64,000 nucleotides of DNA from a bacterium (GTDB lineage Bacteria > UBP6 > UBA1177). The translations under genes and the position numbers were made by a program. The notes beneath the pieces were generated by a model. The model saw only the letters and a list, made by a program, of their open reading frames with translations, had not been told where the DNA came from and made no database searches. Below, piece by piece: positions 38,572 to 46,787 of the stretch; within the stretch, counting starts at the first letter, position 1, and each line of letters begins with the position of its first letter. The stretch is taken from the NCBI GenBank assembly GCA_017961325.1, contig JAGCXM010000015.1:9408-73407 (forward strand). Reading direction: 5' to 3'.

Positions 38572-39159
38572 CTACCACGGAACTGCGATGAGTCCGGTGA
38601 AGCCCATGAATGCGAGTGAAAGAAGGCCGGCGGTGACAAGTGCGATCGGTGCGCCTTTCATTGCTTCGGGGATTTCGTAAAGCTCAAGGCGTTCCCTGAT
38701 CCCGGCAAAAATTACGAGTGCCAGGAAGAAGCCGAGAGCGGTCGCGATGGTGTAAACAACGCTCTGAAGAAGGTCGTAGTTTTTCTGAGTTACGAGGATC
38801 GCGACACCAAGAACAGCGCAGTTGGTCGTGATGAGAGGAAGGAATACGCCGAGAGCCTGATAAAGCGGCTGCGAAACTTTTTTCAGAATGATTTCAACCA
38901 TCTGCACAAGTGCAGCGATGACAAGGATGTATGCGACCGTCTGCATGAAACCGATGTTGAGCGGGATCAGGACGAGGTTGTAAAGCAGCCACGTGACTGT
39001 CGTAGCCAGGGTCATGACGAAAAGGACTGCCGCGCCCATGCCGACCGAAGTCGAAACTTTGTTCGAAACGCCGAGGAAGGGGCAGATTCCCAGAAACTGC
39101 GCAAAAACGATGTTGTTGACAAGTATCGCGCTTATGAAAACAAGAATATATCCAGTCAT
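38572..39159 (-). CDS. rnfA: Rnf electron-transport complex subunit A
   Basis: 195 aa, 6 TM helices, [11 protein letters not shown] motif. Confidence 0.85.
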   Translation of the reverse strand: MTGYILVFISAILVNNIVFAQFLGICPFLGVSNKVSTSVGMGAAVLFVMTLATTVTWLLYNLVLIPLNIGFMQTVAYILVIAALVQMVEIILKKVSQPLYQALGVFLPLITTNCAVLGVAILVTQKNYDLLQSVVYTIATALGFFLALVIFAGIRERLELYEIPEAMKGAPIALVTAGLLSLAFMGFTGLIAVPW

Positions 39160-39168
39160 TTTCCCCTC

Positions 39169-39765
39169 CTATGCCGCTTTTCTGTTTTTGATGTGGTTGA
39201 CGAACGCAATCAGGAAGCCGAGCGCGATGAAAGCTCCGGGCGGCATGATGAAAAGAAGGATCTTGTCAATGTTTTCGGGGATGAACTGGAATCCGAAAAC
39301 AGAGCCGTTACCCAAAATTTCTCTTACCGAACCTAAGATCGTGAGCGACATCGTGAAGCCGAGACCGATGCCTAAGCCGTCAGCTGCAGAAAGAAGGACA
39401 CCGTTTTTCGAAGCGAAAGCCTCGGCGCGTCCCAAAATGATGCAGTTTACAACGATGAGCGGGATAAAAAGTCCCAGAGTCTCGTAAAGATCGGGAAGAT
39501 ATGCCTGCATGACGAGGTCAACGACCGTTACGAAACTTGCGATGACTACGATGAAACCGGGGATCCTGACTTTATCGGGGATCACGTTTTTCAGCAGTGA
39601 AATTACGATGTTAGAGCAAATGAGAACCACTGTTGCCGCAAGTCCCATGCTGAGCCCGTTGACCGAACTTGTCGTCGTTCCGAGAGTCGGGCACATACCC
39701 AAAAGGAGAACAAAAGTGGGGTTTTCCTTTATGAAACCTTTTGTAAATTCTTTCCAAGCACTCAT
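39169..39765 (-). CDS. rnfE: Rnf complex subunit E
   Basis: 198 aa, LLLGMCPTLGTTT motif. Confidence 0.85.
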   Translation of the reverse strand: MSAWKEFTKGFIKENPTFVLLLGMCPTLGTTTSSVNGLSMGLAATVVLICSNIVISLLKNVIPDKVRIPGFIVVIASFVTVVDLVMQAYLPDLYETLGLFIPLIVVNCIILGRAEAFASKNGVLLSAADGLGIGLGFTMSLTILGSVREILGNGSVFGFQFIPENIDKILLFIMPPGAFIALGFLIAFVNHIKNRKAA

Positions 39766-39774
39766 TTCCGCCTC

Positions 39775-40335
39775 CTATTTCTTTCCGCTCTTGTATGCGG
39801 CGACCGCAGTGTTTACGGCGTCCAGGAACGCTCTCGAGGAGATCGTGGCTGCGGTTATCGCATCAACGTCGCCTCCGTCTTTTTTGACCGAAAGCTTAAA
39901 GTTTTCAGGGTCTTTGCCGTTCACCTGATCCTTGAATTTCGGGTTCGTCATGTTGCTGCCGAGCCCCGGAGTCTCTTTGATCGAAAGGACTGCCGTGTTG
40001 TGGATCCTGCCTTCTGCGTCAAAGCCGACAAGAATCTGGACATCGCCGCCGAAACCCTTTTTCGAGACTGCTTCGACTGCCGTTCCGACAAGCTCTTCGC
40101 CTTTGTATGCCGGAGTGAGCGTGCAGCCGTTCGATTCGTATTTTTCACCCAGCTTTTCAAACGCCGGAAGAACAGCTTCGAGAGCCTTTTTCGACTTTTC
40201 GAGCTGGACTTTTTCAGCCGCAGGTTTTGTTTTCGAGTAGGTGAAGCCTATTGCCAGCGCGCTTACGAGCGATATCGCCGCAAGGACGATGAGCATATTT
40301 TTGAATGAACTTTCGAGTTTTTTCTTATCCGCCAT
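39775..40335 (-). CDS. rnfG: Rnf complex subunit G (FMN-binding)
   Basis: FMN_bind domain with DAITAATISSRA (flavinylated Thr/Ser motif). Start uncertain: ATG at 40335 gives an 11-nt overlap with rnfD, ATG at 40380 gives a 56-nt overlap. Confidence 0.75.
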   Translation of the reverse strand: MADKKKLESSFKNMLIVLAAISLVSALAIGFTYSKTKPAAEKVQLEKSKKALEAVLPAFEKLGEKYESNGCTLTPAYKGEELVGTAVEAVSKKGFGGDVQILVGFDAEGRIHNTAVLSIKETPGLGSNMTNPKFKDQVNGKDPENFKLSVKKDGGDVDAITAATISSRAFLDAVNTAVAAYKSGKK

Positions 40336-41302
40336 AGTTGACCTCGCTGCCGAATCTTTTCGGCTTGATGTATTTGTCAATAAGTGGAACGAACGCGTTC
40401 ATGATGAGGATCGAGAACATGCAGCCTTCGGGATATGCGCCCCAGAGCCTGATGCACGAGCAGATGATGCCTGCTCCTATCGCAAAAACGATCTGTCCTT
40501 TCGGATTCATCGGGCTCGTTACCATGTCGGTGAGCATGAAGAAAGCTCCGAGCATTACGCCGCCGCCCAGAATGTGGTAAAGCGGATTGACGAACTGCTC
40601 CGGATCAACGAGCCAGGCGATTCCGGTGAAAACAAATATCGTGGCAAGGAAAAAGAAGGGGATATGCCACGAAATTATCTTTTTGTAGATAAGGAAGAGC
40701 CCGCCCAAAAGTATCGCGAGCGCGCTTGTTTCACCAAGAGATCCGCCGACAGTACCGATGAAAAGATCCCAGTAAGCAGGAAGCTGGCTGAAAGCGTGAA
40801 GTTTGATGTTGCCGAGCGGAGTTGCTGCCGTCATCGCATCAACGTTCCAGACAAAACGTGTGATCCCGGGCTGCGGCCAGGTCGTCATCGAAACGGGGAA
40901 GCTGATGAGGAGGAAAGCTCTGCCTACAAGTGCCGGATTGAACGGGTTCTTGCCGAGACCGCCGAAAGCCATTTTCGCGATGCCGATAGCGACCAAAGCA
41001 CCGATGAAAAGCTGCCAGAGCGGGATCGAACTCGGCATGTTGAAAGCTAAAAGAAGTCCCGTGACTGCGGCTGAACCGTCGCAGACCGTGACTTTTGTCT
41101 TAAGCAGAAACTTCTGGATCAGGTATTCGATACCGACACAGAAAACAAGCGAAGCCGCGACGACGACGAGAGCTCTTATTCCGAAATTGTAAAGAGCCGA
41201 AATAAAGGAAGGGATAAGTGCGGCGCAGACGAGCCACATGATCTTGTTCGTCGTAAAATGACCCTTTTCATGCGGCGAGAGGGAAACTTTCATATTGTTC
41301 AT
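40325..41302 (-). CDS. rnfD: Rnf complex subunit D
   Basis: 325 aa polytopic NqrB/RnfD family protein. Confidence 0.85.
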   Translation of the reverse strand: MNNMKVSLSPHEKGHFTTNKIMWLVCAALIPSFISALYNFGIRALVVVAASLVFCVGIEYLIQKFLLKTKVTVCDGSAAVTGLLLAFNMPSSIPLWQLFIGALVAIGIAKMAFGGLGKNPFNPALVGRAFLLISFPVSMTTWPQPGITRFVWNVDAMTAATPLGNIKLHAFSQLPAYWDLFIGTVGGSLGETSALAILLGGLFLIYKKIISWHIPFFFLATIFVFTGIAWLVDPEQFVNPLYHILGGGVMLGAFFMLTDMVTSPMNPKGQIVFAIGAGIICSCIRLWGAYPEGCMFSILIMNAFVPLIDKYIKPKRFGSEVNYGG

Positions 41303-42654
41303 TTTGCCTCCTGTTTTTTAGCAGCTCTTTCTCTTCTGATCCTTCCGACATTCGCCTTTGCGAGCCTGATGTAGTCAAGGAGCGGACGTGCGCTCGGGCA
41401 GGTGTAGCTGCAGCAGCCGCACTCGATGCAGTCGGTCACGTTGAGAACGTCGAGATCGTCCCATCTTCCTTTCTCCGCAAGTTTTTCGTAGAGGAAAGGC
41501 TCAAGTCCCATCGGACATGCGTCAACGCACTTCGCACAGCGGATGCAGTTCTGGACTTCCCTGCGTTTCGCCTCGCTTTCGTCAAGCAGAAGAACGCCGC
41601 TCGTCCCTTTCGTGACCGGAAATTCTGCTGAAACGGCGGCTTTTCCCATCATCGGGCCGCCCGAAATTATCTTGCCTGTTCCTTCCGGGATCCCGCCCGA
41701 TTTTTCGATGAGGACGCTTGCCGGGATACCGATCCTGACAAGGTAGTTCGCCGGTCTCGCGAGTTTTTTGCCGGTCACCGTGACAACTCTTTCAAGCAGC
41801 GGTTTGTGTTTCTGGACTGCTTCGTAAATTGCGAGAGCACTTCCGACGTTGTCGACTACGCAGCCGACGTCAAGCGGGAGTTTGCCTGACGGAACTTCGC
41901 GGTTGCGGATCGCTTTGATGAGCTGTTTTTCAGCGCCCTGCGGATATTTGAGCATGAGCGGCTGGACGACCGTTCCGGGAAAATCTTTGACAGCCTTTTC
42001 CATTTTTTCGATCGCATCGGGCTTGTTCGCCTCAATCCCGATGAAAGCCGTGTCGATCCTGAGGGCCTTTTTCATGATCTCGACGCCGACTAAGATCTCT
42101 TCAGTCCTTTCGAGCATGATCCTGTGGTCGGCCGTGAGGTAAGGCTCGCACTCAACTGCGTTTATGATGAGCGTGTCGGCTTTTTTGCCTTCGGGAATCG
42201 TGTATTTGACGTGAGTCGGGAAACATGCGCCGCCCATTCCGACGATGCCCATTTCCTTCATAGTTGCGACGATTTCTTCCGGAGTCGCCTTGATTTCGCG
42301 GATGAGTTCGGGAGTTCTGATGATGTTCTCTTCCCATTCATCGGCTTCATCGACATCGATTATCACCGCTTTTGAAGCGAATCCGCCCGGATCCTTGACG
42401 GTATCGACCGCGAAAACGGTTCCGTTTACCGAAGAGTGGATGTTGACCGAAACAAAACCGCCCGCCTGACCTATCAGCGTGCCGACTTTGACTTTGTCGC
42501 CTTTCTGGACGACCGGAGCGGCAGGCGCGCCGATGTGCTGCGAAAGAAGGATCGTTACCCTTTTCGGAAGTTCGACCGCTTCTATCGGTGTTCCCACACT
42601 TATCTTGTTTGCAGGGGGATGAACACCACCCTTTTTAAAAGTCTTGAAATTCAA
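41299..42654 (-). CDS. rnfC: Rnf complex subunit C (NADH-binding, 2x[4Fe-4S])
   Basis: CIRCAKCVDACP and CIECGCCSYTCP ferredoxin motifs. RnfC N-terminal and SLBB domains. Confidence 0.85.
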   Translation of the reverse strand: MNFKTFKKGGVHPPANKISVGTPIEAVELPKRVTILLSQHIGAPAAPVVQKGDKVKVGTLIGQAGGFVSVNIHSSVNGTVFAVDTVKDPGGFASKAVIIDVDEADEWEENIIRTPELIREIKATPEEIVATMKEMGIVGMGGACFPTHVKYTIPEGKKADTLIINAVECEPYLTADHRIMLERTEEILVGVEIMKKALRIDTAFIGIEANKPDAIEKMEKAVKDFPGTVVQPLMLKYPQGAEKQLIKAIRNREVPSGKLPLDVGCVVDNVGSALAIYEAVQKHKPLLERVVTVTGKKLARPANYLVRIGIPASVLIEKSGGIPEGTGKIISGGPMMGKAAVSAEFPVTKGTSGVLLLDESEAKRREVQNCIRCAKCVDACPMGLEPFLYEKLAEKGRWDDLDVLNVTDCIECGCCSYTCPSARPLLDYIRLAKANVGRIRRERAAKKQEAK

Positions 42655-42883
42655 ACTCTCCTCCCCAAAAAATTGTCAACATGACTTATGTCGGCGATTT
42701 TTTTATTCCTTTATTAATTTATTGCAAGAAAATTCGGTGCAGACTTCCATTGCCGTAATATCAACATTGCGATATACCGATATGTCGAGCGGCGCGGAAT
42801 CCGGCCAAAAGATCGGCACTGCCGGCAAAAACCAAGATTTTAGCAATAAAATCAATAATTTATAAAATAACTGCGATAAAAGT

Positions 42884-42911
42884 TTGACATCTTTCAACTT
42901 TTCACTATGAT
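42884..42911 (+). promoter_or_regulatory. Sigma-70-type promoter for the tRNA pair
   Basis: TTGACA, 16 nt spacer, TATGAT. About 45 nt upstream of tRNA-Lys. Confidence 0.5.
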
Positions 42912-42958
42912 ACCGCCGTTTTTCTGGTTCGTTGATTAAACGATTTCTTGAGTTGAAT

Positions 42959-43034
42959 GGGTCGGTAGCTCAGATGGAAGAGCATCTGACTTTTAATCAG
43001 GGGGTCGCGGGTCCGAGTCCCGCCCGACCCACCA
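42959..43034 (+). tRNA. tRNA-Lys (anticodon TTT)
   Basis: Cloverleaf: acceptor GGGTCGG/CCGACCC, anticodon loop CTTTTAA, T-loop GGGTCCGAGTCCC, encoded CCA. Confidence 0.85.
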
Positions 43035-43055
43035 TTCGCTCTCACCTTTTTTGGT

Positions 43056-43130
43056 GACCTTTTCGTCTAGTGGTTAGGACATCGGCCTTTCACGCCGGTA
43101 ACGGGGGTTCGAGTCCCCCAAAGGTCGCCA
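43056..43130 (+). tRNA. tRNA-Glu (anticodon TTC)
   Basis: Acceptor GACCTTT/AAAGGTC, D-arm GTCTAGTGGTTAGGAC, anticodon loop CTTTCAC, T-arm GGGGGTTCGAGTCCCCC, encoded CCA, followed by a T-run. Confidence 0.85.
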
Positions 43131-43173
43131 TTTTTTTTTGCCCTGAAATGACGCTTTTCAAAAATATTTTTAG

Positions 43174-43201
43174 TTGACACTCCGTTTTTTAAGCCTATAT
43201 T
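43174..43201 (+). promoter_or_regulatory. Sigma-70-type promoter upstream of the riboswitch
   Basis: TTGACA, 16 nt spacer, TATATT. Confidence 0.5.
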
Positions 43202-43207
43202 GGCGCG

Positions 43208-43370
43208 ATTTGTTTCTGCGGAAATCGGTGAAAATCCGATGCTGTCCCGCAACCGTGAAGCTTTGAGCGAAGCCGGATACACAGACTCAAATCGAGGTAA
43301 TGAGTACCCCGAGGAGGGAAAAATTGCGATTATCAAAGGTTTGCACAATTTTTCCATTTTATTCACTTCC
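43208..43370 (+). ncRNA. Cobalamin (B12) riboswitch in the 5' leader of the lipoprotein gene
   Basis: Core AATCGGTGAAAATCCGATGCTGTCCCGCAACCGTGAAGC matches the conserved cobalamin-riboswitch segment (compare B. subtilis GGUGCAAAUCCUGCGCUGUCCCGCAACUGUAAGC). Lies between a promoter and the RBS. Confidence 0.7.
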
Positions 43371-43391
43371 CGAAATTTCATGGAGGAGAAA

Positions 43392-45635
43392 ATGAAAAAA
43401 CCTTTATCTTTCCTGTTTATTGTTTTTGTACTTATCTTTGCGGTTTCCTGCGGAAGCGGCAAAAAAGACGGCAGCGAACCTACTGACACGGACAACGACA
43501 CTGCGGACACTGAAAATCCGGACGGTGACGATGCAAACTCAGGCGACACTCCGGATCCTGGTGATTCCGGAAACGATTCCGGAGATTCGGAAAACAACGA
43601 CGATGCCGATTCGGGCGATTCCGGAAATGATGACGACACTGATTCCGGCGACACGGAGGAACCTGCCGAGACTCACGAACTTATCGGGAAATATGCCGAC
43701 AACTGGGGCGGAAGCCACATCATTTCCAATACCGCATGGTTTCAGCCATCTTCATACGGCGACACCCTTTTCCGCATCACGCAGTTCGACAATGAAAACG
43801 ATTTCATAATTGCGCAGAACGATGCCGAAAAATCATGGTTCCCGGAAAAATGGAGCAGATTCGACTACGTTATTGACGGCGGAAAAATCTACCTCTGCCA
43901 GATCGCTTTCGACAAAGAAACAGAAGATGATGCCCTCGCCGCTACGGATGCCGACAGAACCGATCTTACAGACAAAGGCTGCAACGGTTCTCCGTGGAGC
44001 GAACTTACCGAAACCGTTGAAGAATCCATCGGCAAAGACGATGAAAGAATCGCAGCATGGGCAACAGGCTACGAAAATTACAAAGTCGGCGAAGGCGTTA
44101 CTGAAGAGTGGCAGACCCCCGAAAAAGCTCTCGGAAAGGCCGTGGGAGATTCTTACGACGTTGTAGTTCTGGGTGACGGCGGCAGCATAGTTCTCACTTT
44201 CGCAAAACCGATAACGGACGGAGACGGCGCTGATTTCGCAGTTTTTGAAAACAGCTTCAACGAATACTTCCTTGAACTCGGAACAGTCGAAGTAAGCAGC
44301 GACGGCGAACATTTCGCAGCTTTCGACAACTACTATCTTGGCACTGAAAAAATAGGCTCTACAGGCAGTCACGACGCGCGTCTTATCTGGGGATTCGCAG
44401 GAAAATTCAAACAGGGCGAAGGAACGATGTTCGACCTCGCCGAACTCGCGGACAAACCCGAAGTTGCTGACGGAACGGTCAATCTCAAAGCGATCACCCA
44501 CGTTAAAATTGCCGATGTCATCGGCGACGGATCGCAGAAGGATTCCATAGGTAACACGATTTATGATCCGTATCCTACGGGAGAAATAAGCGCCGGTTTC
44601 GACCTTGACGCGGTCGCAGTCATAAACGAAGTTAAAGAACCTCTTGAAATTTCAGGAAAATGGTATGCCTATCAGTTCGGACAGTACGACACGATTTCAA
44701 ACAAAGGCTGGAGTCAGCTCAACATGACTTACGGCGGCAATTACAACTACGAGGTTTTTTACAAAATAGTCAAATACGACAATGAAAACGATACCTTCAT
44801 CGCCTACAAGGAAGACACGAAATACAGCAAGGTAAATTATGCTTTGACAAAAGACGGCGGGAAGGAAATCCTTTACCTCTGTGAAATCGCATTCAACAAG
44901 GAAACGGCTGAAGATGCCGAAGCAGCTGACGATGCGGACAAAACCGATCTCAGCGGAAACACCTGCGGAGGTTTTTCATGGAATATATACATCCGTGCCG
45001 GAACAGAGAGTAATGATGCAAAATACGATCTGCATGCCGAAAGGGAAAAGGCCGCAAACGCGGATGACGACTGCATCGACGTCTGGGCAAGCGGATACGA
45101 TTCCTTCAAGCCCGGCTCAGACGCAGACACTGGCACGAACGATCCGAAAGCTGCTGAAGGAAAAGCGGACGGCAAATTCGTTTCGCTCGGAAAGGGCGGC
45201 AGCATCGTCGTAACTTTCACCGATCCGCTGCCAATTGACGGCGGTGAAACGGGCGAAGTCGGAACGGACTTCATAATTTTTGCAAACAGTGCTGACAGCC
45301 ACGCCCTTGCAAAAGTCGAAGTAAGCAGCGACGGTGAAAATTTCGTCGCATTCGACACGCACTTTCTCGGCATGAAAGCAGGCGGATTCGACGAAACGCA
45401 GATTTTCGGATTTGCAGGAAAATTCGGCAACGATAAAGGAACGAAATTCGATCTTCAGGATCTTTCACTCAAACCGGAAGTCAAAAACGGAAAAGTCGAT
45501 CTCTCGGCAGTCACGATCGTCAGAATCACCGATATTCCAGGAGACGGTTCAGAGCTCGACTCCCACGGAAATCCGATATTCTACCCCTATCCTGAAGGCG
45601 GATTCGAACTTGACGCAGCAGCTGCAGTCAAATAA
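43392..45635 (+). CDS. Lipoprotein with an acidic D/G/S-rich linker and two tandem homologous domains of about 330 aa each; function unknown, under B12-riboswitch control
   Basis: Lipobox FAVSC. Start at the ATG with a GGAGGAG RBS. Internal duplication (LCQIAFDKETEDDA.../LCEIAFNKETAEDA... and DFAVFENS...VEVSSDGEHF.../DFIIFANS...VEVSSDGENF...). Confidence 0.65.
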   Translation: MKKPLSFLFIVFVLIFAVSCGSGKKDGSEPTDTDNDTADTENPDGDDANSGDTPDPGDSGNDSGDSENNDDADSGDSGNDDDTDSGDTEEPAETHELIGKYADNWGGSHIISNTAWFQPSSYGDTLFRITQFDNENDFIIAQNDAEKSWFPEKWSRFDYVIDGGKIYLCQIAFDKETEDDALAATDADRTDLTDKGCNGSPWSELTETVEESIGKDDERIAAWATGYENYKVGEGVTEEWQTPEKALGKAVGDSYDVVVLGDGGSIVLTFAKPITDGDGADFAVFENSFNEYFLELGTVEVSSDGEHFAAFDNYYLGTEKIGSTGSHDARLIWGFAGKFKQGEGTMFDLAELADKPEVADGTVNLKAITHVKIADVIGDGSQKDSIGNTIYDPYPTGEISAGFDLDAVAVINEVKEPLEISGKWYAYQFGQYDTISNKGWSQLNMTYGGNYNYEVFYKIVKYDNENDTFIAYKEDTKYSKVNYALTKDGGKEILYLCEIAFNKETAEDAEAADDADKTDLSGNTCGGFSWNIYIRAGTESNDAKYDLHAEREKAANADDDCIDVWASGYDSFKPGSDADTGTNDPKAAEGKADGKFVSLGKGGSIVVTFTDPLPIDGGETGEVGTDFIIFANSADSHALAKVEVSSDGENFVAFDTHFLGMKAGGFDETQIFGFAGKFGNDKGTKFDLQDLSLKPEVKNGKVDLSAVTIVRITDIPGDGSELDSHGNPIFYPYPEGGFELDAAAAVK

Positions 45636-45677
45636 CAGCATGATATCGATATATCGAAATATCGTAATATCTTTAAT

Positions 45678-46787
45678 TTAAGATTTTCTCTTTTTATCAG
45701 TATAAGAATAAGCTGCAGCGCTTTTTTTGACGATAATCTTTCCGTTGACAAGATTCGAGAAAAAGCCGGCATTCACGATTTCCGTCAGTATCTTCACGCG
45801 GAGTTTTGCCGGAACGACCATATCTGAAATTTCTATCGTTTTTTTGCCGGCACCCTCTTTCTGCGGAAGAAACGAGATTTCGCGGCATGTTGAAATCGTG
45901 GCGCCTCCTGCTCCGGCCGACATCGCAGCATCGAGCATCTCCTTCGACTGGGTATCGTTGCATACGAGCATTATGTTTTCGAGATCAAGCATGAAATCCC
46001 TGCCCGCAAAATTTTTCGGATTGAAAGTCCTCCGTCTCCATTCCGTTCCGCCCTGCATCGAATCGATAACGCTGATTATCTGACCGATGCTGGCCGCGGC
46101 GCGGTTCGATCCGAAAAAGGTTTTAGTGTCTAAAGCCGCGAGATTTACAGGATATGAAAAAATGAAACCCATTCCCGGACGGTCGAGCCTTCCGCCGTCG
46201 ATCAGAAGATCCATCATTCCGTGAGCGTCATGGTTCGCGACGACGATGTTTATCGTCTCTTTTTCCGCCGGAATCGTAATTCTGATGAGTCCCATTCTGT
46301 CGCGTATCCCGCCTCCGATGCCGTAGGATATCGTCGGCACGCAGGAACCTTTGTCGATTGCGGTTTTTGCTATCCTCAAACCTTTTCCGCGCTGGGTTAT
46401 CGCGCAGATTCCCATATAATTTCCGCCGTTTGCATCAAATTCAAAATCAAGTCCGCCGAAATTTTCATTGTCTCCCCCGCCTTCGATCAGGACGGCAGGT
46501 TCTGAAAAAAGCGAGCCGCGCCCCTCCTGCAAAAGTTCGAGAGAGGAAACGATATTGTCAAAAACTTTTTTTTCGTCTTCCGCCGGGACATAGAAATGAA
46601 ATGTTTCGAGAATGTTTTCCGTCACCCCTTTTCTATTGAAAATCCAGTGCCTGTCAGTCGAAACGATCGAACTGCTCCGCTGAGTGATGATGCTGTTAAT
46701 CCCGCATTCCTTCAGGGCTTCAACCACTTTCTGCGACAACGATTTGTAAACGCTGCACGTGAATTTGGCTATTTTCGTAATTTTCAT
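45678..46787 (-). CDS. PII (GlnB)-like multi-domain protein associated with the DUF1538 transporter
   Basis: Repeated about 110-aa units with a GlnB-like GxxGGTI motif (SAGAGGATIS). Overlaps the end of the DUF1538 gene by 4 nt. Confidence 0.35.
   Translation of the reverse strand: MKITKIAKFTCSVYKSLSQKVVEALKECGINSIITQRSSSIVSTDRHWIFNRKGVTENILETFHFYVPAEDEKKVFDNIVSSLELLQEGRGSLFSEPAVLIEGGGDNENFGGLDFEFDANGGNYMGICAITQRGKGLRIAKTAIDKGSCVPTISYGIGGGIRDRMGLIRITIPAEKETINIVVANHDAHGMMDLLIDGGRLDRPGMGFIFSYPVNLAALDTKTFFGSNRAAASIGQIISVIDSMQGGTEWRRRTFNPKNFAGRDFMLDLENIMLVCNDTQSKEMLDAAMSAGAGGATISTCREISFLPQKEGAGKKTIEISDMVVPAKLRVKILTEIVNAGFFSNLVNGKIIVKKSAAAYSYTDKKRKS

Noticed and set aside
40241-41050. 269-aa and other plus-strand ORFs inside the rnfD/rnfG region
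   Set aside because: They lie opposite the conserved Rnf subunits, and they have low-complexity Arg/Glu-rich composition.
43200-43391. 5' extension of the lipoprotein ORF (MARFVSAEIGENPM...)
   Set aside because: The region matches a cobalamin riboswitch. The real start is the ATG at 43392, which has a GGAGGAG RBS and is followed immediately by a lipoprotein signal peptide.
43067-43654. 195-aa minus-strand ORF overlapping the tRNA-Glu gene, the riboswitch and the lipoprotein start
   Set aside because: It spans a tRNA and a structured leader, and its Ser/Pro-rich translation is the reverse read of the acidic linker. It is not credible.
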